From NCBI GenBank assembly GCA_035910535.1, contig JAMHXF010000097.1, positions 14,295-78,294 on the forward strand: a DNA stretch of 64,000 nucleotides, read 5' to 3'. Numbering within the stretch: the first letter of the stretch is position 1; each line of letters starts with the position of its first letter. Made by a program: the position numbers and the translations under genes. Source of the stretch: Archangium sp. (GTDB taxonomy: Bacteria; Myxococcota; Myxococcia; Myxococcales; Myxococcaceae). Under the pieces are notes generated by a model. It saw only the letters and a list, made by a program, of their open reading frames with translations. It made no database searches and had not been told where the DNA came from. Below, piece by piece: positions 1-9,777 of the stretch.

Positions 1-230
1 TCGCGATCCTGCTGCAGCGCGCGGTGGTACAGCAGCGCCAGCGGCTCGTTGTCGCGCTTGCCTTCGACTTCTTGATCGAAGAGCCGCTCGGCCTGCGCGT
101 AGTCGGAGAGCAGGTTCACCACGTAGAACTCGGTGACCTCCTCAATCGACACCCGCTGTCGTTTGACGACCTCACCCACCAGCGACCGAAAGAACTCCTT
201 CAGGGATCCACTCAAGACGAGCTGGCTCAT
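1..230 (-). CDS. 5' part of an uncharacterised gene that runs off the left edge (N-terminus MSQLVLSGSLKEFFRSLVGEVVKRQRVSIEEVTEFYVV...)
   Basis: Reverse-strand ATG at 230..228. I translated it by hand to position 1 without a stop. Third positions are GC-rich. It is divergent from groES. It is absent from the ORF track because the window edge truncates it. Confidence 0.5.
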   Translation of the reverse strand, partial: MSQLVLSGSLKEFFRSLVGEVVKRQRVSIEEVTEFYVVNLLSDYAQAERLFDQEVEGKRDNEPLALLYHRALQQDR

Positions 231-339
231 GCGCCGATCGTATCGACCCGCGTCGCGATCGTGAAATTTCACCCAGTTATTTCATGCGCTTGCATTGGCA
301 GTCGGGGCCTGAGACCGCCAATTGACGTCTGTCACACGT

Positions 340-366
340 TTGGCACTCACGGCATCAAAGTGCCAA
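340..366 (+). promoter_or_regulatory. CIRCE-like inverted repeat (HrcA operator), upstream copy
   Basis: TTGGCACTC-N9-AAGTGCCAA, compared with the CIRCE consensus TTAGCACTC-N9-GAGTGCTAA. It lies just upstream of the -35 element of the groES promoter. Confidence 0.7.
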
Positions 367-374
367 GTCGCGCC

Positions 375-402
375 TTGACGCTCGGGGAACCACGGTTATA
401 TC
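375..402 (+). promoter_or_regulatory. sigma70-type promoter candidate for groES-groEL
   Basis: TTGACG at 375..380, a 16-nt spacer, then TATATC at 397..402. It sits between the two CIRCE elements, about 85 nt upstream of the groES ATG. Confidence 0.55.
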
Positions 403-418
403 GAGCGCGCTACCGGCA

Positions 419-445
419 CTGGCACTCGTTTGGTTCGAGTGCCAA
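419..445 (+). promoter_or_regulatory. CIRCE inverted repeat (HrcA operator), downstream copy
   Basis: CTGGCACTC-N9-GAGTGCCAA. The 9-bp arms are perfectly complementary with the canonical 9-nt spacer. It lies between the -10 element and the groES RBS. Confidence 0.8.
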
Positions 446-484
446 GTCCGATTTCAACCCGCAGTTCCCGCATTGGAGAACACC

Positions 485-2445
<1,961 letters not shown>

Positions 2446-2474
2446 GTTCAGTCATCGACTGAACTCACGCACGC

Positions 2475-2513
2475 GGCCTCCGACCTTTACGGGTCGGGGG
2501 CCGTTGTGTTTCG
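2475..2513 (+). terminator. intrinsic terminator candidate after groEL
   Basis: GGCCTCCGACC / GGTCGGGGGCC stem (one G-U pair) with loop TTTACG, followed by GTTGTGTTTCG. A separate perfect 9-bp hairpin, AGTTCAGTC-ATC-GACTGAACT, lies at 2445..2465 and overlaps the stop codon. Confidence 0.55.
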
Positions 2514-2532
2514 AAGAAGCGGAGGCACAAAA

Positions 2533-3483
2533 ATGGGTGTTCACGGAACGTTCTGTCAGTTGTGTGGCCTGCCGACGCAGCACGATCACTACGTGATGAC
2601 CGGCTCGGGAATGATGAAGATCTACCGAGGCGCTGCGCCCGTCGCGACGTGGGAGCCCGACGAGAAGCCCTTCCCCTTCGGCCCGGAGCACGCCTGGCTC
2701 AAAGACGCCGTGGTGCTCCCGTGGGACGACGCCCGCGTGTTGCGTGGGCCCATTGAAGACGGCGCGCTCGACGACGTGCTGGTCTTCGAAGGTGACGACG
2801 ATGGGCTGGCGTTTCATCACGCCTGCTGGGAGTTGCAGGGCTCGCCGCCCGATACCGACGCCGCGGCACGAGCGCTGGGCATGCACGCGTGGGCGATCGT
2901 CGAGGCGTACCACGAGCAGCTGTTCGACTTTCACGGGCTCGCCGAAGACGGCCGCGGGTGGTTGTTGGAAGAGCCGAAGCCCGGCAGCCGCTCGCGCGCC
3001 CGCATCGAGGCGATGTTGGCGGTGGCCCGCGTCGAGCCGCGTGACGAATCGAAGAACGTCGAAGACACGCTCAAGAACGATCGCGACTGGGCGGGGCTCG
3101 ATCTGCGCGACGCCGACGGGCGCATCGGCGTGATTCGCGGGCGGGATCACGCCATCAAGAAGATCGACAAGACCGGGTACCCCACGCTCGTTCGCGTCAC
3201 CAGGTTCTACGAAGAGCCGAAGCTGCCAGGGCCCGAAGAGACCGCGGAGCTCGAGGCCTTCGAGCTCGCGTTGAAGGCGGCGGTCGAGCAGGACGCGCAG
3301 GCGATTCTGGTGCTGGTTTTGTTGGGCCACGGCCGCGGCGAGTTCCTCACCTGGGCGCGCGACGGCGCGAAGACGAAGGCGATCATCGAAGCGGTGCCCG
3401 GCGCGTCAGCCGCGAGCATCGAAGTGCGCGATGACCCGAACTGGCAGGAAGCAGTGCGAGAGATTCAGAGTCGCTACAGTTAG
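2533..3483 (+). CDS. hypothetical protein; N-terminal CxxC plus His-rich segment, C-terminal half reminiscent of the DUF695-type fold
   Basis: The ATG at 2533 is preceded by GGAGG at 2521..2525. The track ORF starts at 2506, inside the terminator. N-terminus is MGVHGTFCQLCGLPTQHDHY. I recognise no family with certainty. Confidence 0.75.
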   Translation: MGVHGTFCQLCGLPTQHDHYVMTGSGMMKIYRGAAPVATWEPDEKPFPFGPEHAWLKDAVVLPWDDARVLRGPIEDGALDDVLVFEGDDDGLAFHHACWELQGSPPDTDAAARALGMHAWAIVEAYHEQLFDFHGLAEDGRGWLLEEPKPGSRSRARIEAMLAVARVEPRDESKNVEDTLKNDRDWAGLDLRDADGRIGVIRGRDHAIKKIDKTGYPTLVRVTRFYEEPKLPGPEETAELEAFELALKAAVEQDAQAILVLVLLGHGRGEFLTWARDGAKTKAIIEAVPGASAASIEVRDDPNWQEAVREIQSRYS

Positions 3484-3492
3484 AGAACGCCC

Positions 3493-3747
3493 ATGAAAGA
3501 CGTCGTCATCTACAGCACCGACTCCTGCCCCTACTGCCGACAAGCCGAGCGCTTCCTCACAGACAAGGGGGTGCCCTTCAAGAGCGTCGATGTCACCCAC
3601 GACAACGCGATGCGCGAGAAGCTGGTCGAGCTGACGGGGCAGCGCACGGTGCCGCAGATCTTCATCGGCGATGAGTCCATCGGTGGGTACTCCGACATGG
3701 TGAAGCTCAATCAGCAGGGCGAGCTCGAACCGAAGTTCGGTCGCTGA
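3493..3747 (+). CDS. grxC: glutaredoxin (Grx3 type)
   Basis: 84 aa. VVIYSTDSCPYCRQAERFL contains the CPYC active site. RTVPQIFIGDESIGGYSD is the glutathione-binding motif. Confidence 0.93.
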   Translation: MKDVVIYSTDSCPYCRQAERFLTDKGVPFKSVDVTHDNAMREKLVELTGQRTVPQIFIGDESIGGYSDMVKLNQQGELEPKFGR

Positions 3748-3769
3748 AAGTACGGCATGCTCCGCGCTC

Positions 3770-5014
3770 ATGCGGGGGAGCACGCCAGTCGACGACATCA
3801 CCATCGTAGAGCGCGCGTACGAGCTGCGCGGCGCCACCGAAGCGTGGATGGACGGGCTCCACGCGGCGTTGCAGGCGCGGCTCGACTTTGGTCATGGGCT
3901 GTCGTTGTCGACGTGGAGCGTGAGCGGAGATCGCTTCGGCGGCGAGTCGGTGCACCGCGGAGACATGGACCCGCGCCTCATCGCCGCGCAGTACGAGTTC
4001 GCGGCCACGCTGCCGCCGGAGCTCATCGCCAGGCACTACGGGCCAGCCGCGACCGACTTCATCGGGCAGCCCGCCCAGTTCGGCCCCGACCTCCACCGCT
4101 CGCTGCTGCGCACTGCGGCGAAGCACGGCGTCGCGGGCCTCCAGGACACGCTGGGCATCGTCGTCATGGCCGTGCCGGGCCAGAGCGGCATGTTGATGAT
4201 GACGCACGCGTCGCACCCCATCGCGGTCACCTCGTCGCTGCGGCGCGTGCTGATGAAGCTGACCACGCACATCGGCGCGGGCTTGCGGCTGCGCCATTCA
4301 CTCGCGCATGGGCAGTTGCCTGAAGCAGTGCTGACGCCGTCGGGCCACGTGGCGTACGCCACCGGCACGGCGAAATCGCAGGGCGCACGTGAAGCGTTGG
4401 CGCGCGCGGCAAAAGACATCGAGCTGTCGCGGGGGCGCTTGCGGCGCTCGAGCCCTGACGAGGCGCTGTCGTTGTGGAAGGGCCTCGTCGCCGGGCGCTG
4501 GAGCGTCGTCGAGTGGTTCGACACCGATTCACGTCGCTATCTTGTTGCACACCCCAATCAGGTTTCAGCGCGCGACCCACGAGCGTTGTCGCCGCGTGAA
4601 CTCGACGTCGCCGAGTTGCTCGTTCAAGGCCGCAGCAACTCGGAGATCGCCTGGTCGCTGGGGCTCGGCACCGGCACGGTGAGTCGCATTTCTCGAGACG
4701 TGCTGCGGAAGCTCGGCGCGCGGCGCACGGATCTCTCGGCCGTCTTCGGCGCGGTCGCGCCCTTCCGCGCCGAGCTCCAGAACCTCGTGTTGTTGAGCCC
4801 CGGCTCCGACGTCGAGCTGTGGCAGCGGCTCACCAGGGCCGAACGTGAGGTCGTCGAAGCGCTGCTGCAGGGGCAGCGCCCCGCCGCCATCGCACGACGT
4901 CGCGGGGTGTCTGAACGCACGGTCACCACGCAGCTCGGCGCCGTCTACGCGCGCTTCGGAGTTCGTGGTCAGACCGAGCTCGCGTCGCTGCTGGGTCACG
5001 CGCCGAAGGGCTGA
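3770..5014 (+). CDS. LuxR/GerE-family transcriptional regulator with two tandem C-terminal HTH modules
   Basis: LSPRELDVAELLVQGRSNSEIAWSLGLGTGTVSRISRDVLRKLG and LTRAEREVVEALLQGQRPAAIARRRGVSERTVTTQLGAVYARFG both fit the GerE HTH pattern. The N-terminal ~250 aa are unassigned. Confidence 0.85.
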   Translation: MRGSTPVDDITIVERAYELRGATEAWMDGLHAALQARLDFGHGLSLSTWSVSGDRFGGESVHRGDMDPRLIAAQYEFAATLPPELIARHYGPAATDFIGQPAQFGPDLHRSLLRTAAKHGVAGLQDTLGIVVMAVPGQSGMLMMTHASHPIAVTSSLRRVLMKLTTHIGAGLRLRHSLAHGQLPEAVLTPSGHVAYATGTAKSQGAREALARAAKDIELSRGRLRRSSPDEALSLWKGLVAGRWSVVEWFDTDSRRYLVAHPNQVSARDPRALSPRELDVAELLVQGRSNSEIAWSLGLGTGTVSRISRDVLRKLGARRTDLSAVFGAVAPFRAELQNLVLLSPGSDVELWQRLTRAEREVVEALLQGQRPAAIARRRGVSERTVTTQLGAVYARFGVRGQTELASLLGHAPKG

Positions 5015-5065
5015 CCCCTCCATCTACGTATGGAGCGCGCGTGAGGCGCGGCCTACGTCTGCGCG

Positions 5066-7966
5066 ATGCGCTTCGCTTGGTCGCTGGCTCTCGTCCTCGG
5101 CGTCGTGGTGTTGGCTGGCTGTGCAAACGAAAAGCAGGACCTCGGGGAGATGCGCATCACCTACGATCGCAACCGCGCTGACGGCGTGTTGACGCCTTCA
5201 GACGGCGGCGTCGTGTTCTGCGCTGCTGAAGAAGGCGAGTGCGGCTTCGGAGGGCTTCATCGCACCGCGACGCTGACGTTTCGAAACACGCAGCCGATGG
5301 ACTACCGGATGTACGAGGTGAGCGCCGACGGCTCCGAGATTCTGCTGTTCGACACGGTGCGGCTCGAAGATCGCAGCTACCTGTTCCTTCAGGATGGAAT
5401 GAGCTGGCCACCAGTCGTGAAGCTGCGCGTGCCGTACGTCGACCGCGACGCGCGCTTCATTCGCAACTCACGGCTCGAGGTGGCGTTCGACTCGATCGCC
5501 AAGGGTCGCTTCGATTCGTACGTGCAGCGTGAAGTGCGGCTGAACGGCGCGCCGCTGCAGGTCGCTGCCGACGGCACGTTCGACCTGCACACGCAGCCGT
5601 TCGACGACCGCAACCAGATCTCCGACAACGTGTTGACGTTCGCGCGGCGCCCCGACGAAGACTGCACCGTCTTCTCGAGTGCCGGGCAGCAGGTCGTCAC
5701 CGTCGGCGAGAACTCCATCGAGCTGAGGCTACGCTCGCCGCTCCGTGTCTCCGACCAGATCTACGGCTTCCGCACGGTTCGCGAGCTCACGATCACGCTG
5801 CGTTGTTCGACGGGCGACGGCGGCGTCGACGCGGGCGAGCCAGACGCAGGAACGATGTTCCTCGATGGAGGTGTCGACGACGGCGGGGGCCTCGTCGACG
5901 CTGGAGGTTTCGATGCCGGTCCTCCTGACGCAGGGACGCCTGACGCAGGGACGCTTGACGCCGGTGCGCCGGACTCAGGGACACCTGACGCCGGCCTCCC
6001 CGACGCGGGGCCCGTCGACGCTGGTGTGCCACCGCAACTGGCGTGCGCTCCTGCGGTCTACATGACGACCTCCTTCGATCTTGGCTCGACAGACACGATC
6101 TACCGTCATCGACCCAACGGCTCCGTAGAGCTCGACTTCACCGTCCCCACCACGGTGCGGGTCGTTTCGCTCAAGCGCGCCACTGGCGCGGCGATCGCGA
6201 TGCTGTCGCTGAGCACGGGCGTCGTTCAGATCTTCGATGGCAGCGGCGCGCTGGTCACCAGCTTCTCGCCGCTGTCGGGGAACGCGGGCGCCATCGCCGC
6301 CTGCGACTTCGATCTCGACGGCGACGACGACGTGCTGGTGGGCACCAAGCAGGGCGCACAGGCGCAGTACGAAGTCGCCCTCGCCGACGGCACGCAGTTG
6401 CAGCCGGTGACGGCCATCGCCAACCACACCCGCGCGCTGTCGGTTGCGTGCGGCGATGTCGAAGGTACCGGCGGTTCGCCACAGGTGATCATCGGGCCTG
6501 GGTTCAGCGCGGACAACTCGGTGCGCGTCTTCACGTGGCAAGGCGGAGTGCTGAACACCTTCCAGCCGTACGGCAGCAGCCACTGGGACGGTGTCGAGGT
6601 GGCCGTCGCCAGGCTGAGCCCCACCGGGCCCGAGCGCATCGTCACGACGCAGCGCACGTTCGCGCCGACGCAGGTAAGGGTCTTCACGAGCGGAGGCACC
6701 CTGCTCGCCAGTCGCGACGTCTTCGACGCGACGTACACGTCGGGCAGCAGCGTGAGCGCAGCGGACCTCAACGCCGACGGCCTCGATGAGATCGTCGTCT
6801 CGCAACTCACGTCGGTCCAGGTGCGCGTGCTGTCACCACAGCTCGACCCCGTGAGCGGCTGGCTCAACAACGGCTTCCTCGGGGTAGGCGCGGTGGTCAG
6901 CGCGACGCCGCGCGCAGCGCAGGGCTGCCCGACGGTGCAACCTGACGCCGGCGTGGACGCGGGCATCGACGCGGGCGTCGACGCCGGAACGCAGTCGCCA
7001 CGTGACGCAGGCGCGGGCTGCACGGCCGAGGAAGGACACCAGCTCTTCAAGCTGCCGCAGCCGTATCTCGACCTCTACACGCGCGTCGAACAACACGACG
7101 GCTACGCATGGTTCACCGAGAGCGGCGGCGGCGGGTACGCCTCGGTCTGGAAGGTGCCGCTCGACGGTGGTCAGGGCTCGCCCGTCGCCAACGCCGTGCA
7201 GGAGCCGACCGGGCTCGTCGTCAACGCCACCGACGTCTTCTTCACCGACAAGGGCAACTTCGGTCAGCTCAACGGTCGGCTCAAACACCTCCCGCTCGAT
7301 GGTGGTCAGCCGGTCGAGACGAACATGCTCGACTTCCCCATCGACGTGGCGCTGGTGTCGACCGACGCAGGCCAGGCGCTGGTGTGGATCACCGCCGGCA
7401 ACACGCGGCTCAATCGCAGCGACTTCGAAGGGACGGTGCTCGCGTCGACCAACACGCTGAGCAGCCCGACGGTCATGACCACCGACGAGACGCACGTGTA
7501 CTACGCGAACCTCAACCGCGTGGTGGAGCGCTTCCCGCTCGACTTCACCAACACCACGCAGGCCACGACGATCGCCCACGCGCAGACGGTGCCGCTCGAC
7601 CCGGTGTACGCGATGCAGGTGGTGGGTGACGATCTGTTCATTCTCCACTCTGCGGGGTCGCCGAACGCGCGCACGCGCATCACGCGCATCGCCCGCGATG
7701 GCAGCGGTGGGCCGGTGCTCGTCGCCAACGTCAACGGCGTGCAGTCGCGCGCGATGCAGATCGTGAACGGGTGGATCTACGTCGCAGAAGGGAGCTACGC
7801 GCCGGGCTGCTCGGCGTACCGAATCTGGCGTGTGCCGGTGACGTCGGTGCAGGCCTCGACCGTAGAGACGGTGGCGAACAGCCCGGTGCCGTTCAGCGAC
7901 TTCTCCATCGGGCCCGACTGGCTGGTGATGTTGCGCGACGCGGTGTGGGCCGCGCCGGCGCCGTAG
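5066..7966 (+). CDS. large secreted lipoprotein with FG-GAP/VCBS-like repeats, xDAGx linkers and a C-terminal beta-propeller-like region
   Basis: Signal peptide plus lipobox MRFAWSLALVLGVVVLAGC. Ca-binding-like FG-GAP motifs CDFDLDGDDDVLVG, GDVEGTGGSPQVIIG and ADLNADGLDEIVVS. 966 aa. Confidence 0.85.
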   Translation: MRFAWSLALVLGVVVLAGCANEKQDLGEMRITYDRNRADGVLTPSDGGVVFCAAEEGECGFGGLHRTATLTFRNTQPMDYRMYEVSADGSEILLFDTVRLEDRSYLFLQDGMSWPPVVKLRVPYVDRDARFIRNSRLEVAFDSIAKGRFDSYVQREVRLNGAPLQVAADGTFDLHTQPFDDRNQISDNVLTFARRPDEDCTVFSSAGQQVVTVGENSIELRLRSPLRVSDQIYGFRTVRELTITLRCSTGDGGVDAGEPDAGTMFLDGGVDDGGGLVDAGGFDAGPPDAGTPDAGTLDAGAPDSGTPDAGLPDAGPVDAGVPPQLACAPAVYMTTSFDLGSTDTIYRHRPNGSVELDFTVPTTVRVVSLKRATGAAIAMLSLSTGVVQIFDGSGALVTSFSPLSGNAGAIAACDFDLDGDDDVLVGTKQGAQAQYEVALADGTQLQPVTAIANHTRALSVACGDVEGTGGSPQVIIGPGFSADNSVRVFTWQGGVLNTFQPYGSSHWDGVEVAVARLSPTGPERIVTTQRTFAPTQVRVFTSGGTLLASRDVFDATYTSGSSVSAADLNADGLDEIVVSQLTSVQVRVLSPQLDPVSGWLNNGFLGVGAVVSATPRAAQGCPTVQPDAGVDAGIDAGVDAGTQSPRDAGAGCTAEEGHQLFKLPQPYLDLYTRVEQHDGYAWFTESGGGGYASVWKVPLDGGQGSPVANAVQEPTGLVVNATDVFFTDKGNFGQLNGRLKHLPLDGGQPVETNMLDFPIDVALVSTDAGQALVWITAGNTRLNRSDFEGTVLASTNTLSSPTVMTTDETHVYYANLNRVVERFPLDFTNTTQATTIAHAQTVPLDPVYAMQVVGDDLFILHSAGSPNARTRITRIARDGSGGPVLVANVNGVQSRAMQIVNGWIYVAEGSYAPGCSAYRIWRVPVTSVQASTVETVANSPVPFSDFSIGPDWLVMLRDAVWAAPAP
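5894..6028 (+). repeat. in-frame 15-nt tandem repeat (about 9 units) encoding the xDAGx linker
   Basis: The units CCTGACGCAGGGACG at 5924..5938 and 5939..5953 are identical and are flanked by degenerate copies. A second array with 12-nt units (xDAG) lies at about 6940..6987. Confidence 0.85.
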
Positions 7967-7969
7967 CGC

Positions 7970-8599
7970 TCACAAGCGAACGTCGAGCACCGCGCCCCAC
8001 TTCGTCGCCAACACGCGCAGCTTCGCCTCGGCTGCCGCGCGCGCCTCCCACGGGAGCGGCTCGTTCGGCATGTAGAACGTGCCGACGTTGGAGATCGCTC
8101 CGCGCATGGCCCAACCCAGCGAAGGCGCCGTGTGCTCGTCACCCGAGTCGCCCGCAAGAATGAGCGACTTCGGCTCCCAGCTCAGCACGCGCAGCACCGG
8201 CTCGGAGGCCTCGGCGAGCTCGAGCGAGCTCACCAACATGCCGCTCACCGTCTTCGCTTCGATGGCTTGACCCAGCTCGACCGCGCGCGCCTGCAGCGTC
8301 ACCAACTCACTGCCGACCGCTTCACCGAGCCCCGCACCGCCGACCGTCGCCTCGAGCCGACCTTCGGGCATCGTCAGAAACAGCCCGACCGTCGCCGCCT
8401 CGCCCACCGTCTTGAAGTGCAGCTTCAGCTCGTTCGGCAGCAACGTCGTCAGGTAGTGCCGCTGTGCGTCAATTTCGAGCCGTCGGAAGTGCGCGATGTA
8501 GGCCTTGGGGTTCACGCCGGCCAGGGCCGGTGTCAGCAGCTCACGCACGCGCCTCGTATGGCTTGAAACGTGCCTCATTTCAATCGCTTGCAGGCCCAA
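7970..8599 (-). CDS. hypothetical protein (209 aa)
   Basis: Long ORF with genome-typical codon bias. It is convergent with the FG-GAP gene across a 3-nt gap. No motif recognised. The start is uncertain (M1 at 8599 or M8 at 8578). Confidence 0.65.
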   Translation of the reverse strand: MGLQAIEMRHVSSHTRRVRELLTPALAGVNPKAYIAHFRRLEIDAQRHYLTTLLPNELKLHFKTVGEAATVGLFLTMPEGRLEATVGGAGLGEAVGSELVTLQARAVELGQAIEAKTVSGMLVSSLELAEASEPVLRVLSWEPKSLILAGDSGDEHTAPSLGWAMRGAISNVGTFYMPNEPLPWEARAAAEAKLRVLATKWGAVLDVRL

Positions 8600-8780
8600 C
8601 GAAATGTCACTTTTCAGAGGGTGTTGAGAGCGGGATCGCCGTGGTACTCATGGCCGCGAGTGCCGGCCCGTTCGCGGTCCTCCCGACACAAGATCCGAGG
8701 CAGCGAAAGCTCCCGGGGACGTGCTTCGTGAGAGGAAAGCAGAACAGGCCGGCACTCGTTTTTCCTATTCTCCGCGGCCC

Positions 8781-9758
8781 ATGTGGCGCTGGTCGTTTCT
8801 TCTCTTCTTCACCGGCTGCGCTGCGGGCTTCACGACGACGCTGCACGAGCCGCCGACGCCGCTGAGCATCTCCGCCGTGGTGATCCCCCCGGTGCGGCTG
8901 ACGGGCACTGAAGCGCCGGGCTGGCGTCGCTACGAGTTGGGTCAACGACAGGTCGACGTGGCGCTGCGCAGCGTCGGAGATCGCCTGGCGATCGTCGGGC
9001 CCGCGCAGGTGCAGATCACGCGGTGGGACGAGCCGGGGTGGCTCGGCAACAACGCCATTCCGGTGCTGGCGCGCGCGGCGATTCCACCGGCGCAAGCGCT
9101 GCTGCTGCGCGCCACGGCAGAGCAACGCGTCGGCTCGTCGACGCAAGAACGAGAAGACGCGGAGGGCCTCGCGAAGGGCGGCCTCGCGTCGCAAGAAACG
9201 CGGTGGTTAGTGACCGTGGAGTTGCTGCACCCCGCCTCGCGGCTGCTCGTCGCCGAGTTCGCAGGTCAGGTGGTGGTCGACCCCTTCGCGCCGGCCACCG
9301 GTGAAGAGGAGTTCGACCCCGCATGGCCGATGACGCGCCTCCTCGAGACGCTGACGAAGGAGGCGTTGGCCGTCGCGCGCAAATGGCAGATCGATCGCCG
9401 CGCCGTCGGAGACTCAGGCCTCACGCTCGCGCTCTCGCCGGCCTTCACCGCAGGCCAACCCGACGCGGCCGCCGCGCAGCCCGACGCGCTTCAAGCCGAG
9501 GTGTGGATGCAGGCGCGCGCCCGGTTTCTCTCTCCGTGGCTCGCAGACGATCAAGCCGCGAAGTTGGCGCGCCTGCCACCGGTGCTACTGGTGCTCGCCG
9601 CGCCCGGAGCCGCCGCGCTGCGCCCCGGAGATCTGATTCTGGCCATCGACGGCCAACCACCGCTCCCGGAGGTGCTCGCCCGCAAGCGCCTTCAGGGCGT
9701 GCCGGTGGAGGTGCGTGTAGGCCGGGACGGCAACGAGCGGGACGAGGTGATTCCATGA
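8781..9758 (+). CDS. lipoprotein with a C-terminal PDZ-like domain
   Basis: ATG at 8781 gives MWRWSFLLFFTGC (lipobox). The C-terminus LRPGDLILAIDGQPP...VEVRVGRDG is PDZ-like. The track ORF extends upstream to 8721. Confidence 0.75.
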   Translation: MWRWSFLLFFTGCAAGFTTTLHEPPTPLSISAVVIPPVRLTGTEAPGWRRYELGQRQVDVALRSVGDRLAIVGPAQVQITRWDEPGWLGNNAIPVLARAAIPPAQALLLRATAEQRVGSSTQEREDAEGLAKGGLASQETRWLVTVELLHPASRLLVAEFAGQVVVDPFAPATGEEEFDPAWPMTRLLETLTKEALAVARKWQIDRRAVGDSGLTLALSPAFTAGQPDAAAAQPDALQAEVWMQARARFLSPWLADDQAAKLARLPPVLLVLAAPGAAALRPGDLILAIDGQPPLPEVLARKRLQGVPVEVRVGRDGNERDEVIP

Positions 9759-9777
9759 AGGCTATGGTGACGCGCTG

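Noticed and set aside
421-436. TGGCAC-N5-TGG resembling the -24 element of a sigma54 promoter
   Set aside because: It is the left arm of the CIRCE palindrome. The -12 GC dinucleotide is absent (TTGG instead of TTGC).
7970-8599. Assignment of the 209-aa protein to a myxobacterial paralogous family (DUF2378-like)
   Set aside because: This was only a vague compositional impression. I could not identify any diagnostic motif, so it is left as hypothetical.
8750-8768. CGGCACTCGTTTTTCC upstream of the PDZ-lipoprotein gene as a possible sigma54 promoter or CIRCE half-site. It shares the 11-mer GGCACTCGTTT with CIRCE at 421..431.
   Set aside because: It lacks both the leading T and the -12 GC of the TGGCAC-N5-TTGC consensus. 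No complementary GAGTGCC arm follows at the CIRCE spacing. It lies only about 13 nt from the ATG. I treat it as chance similarity.
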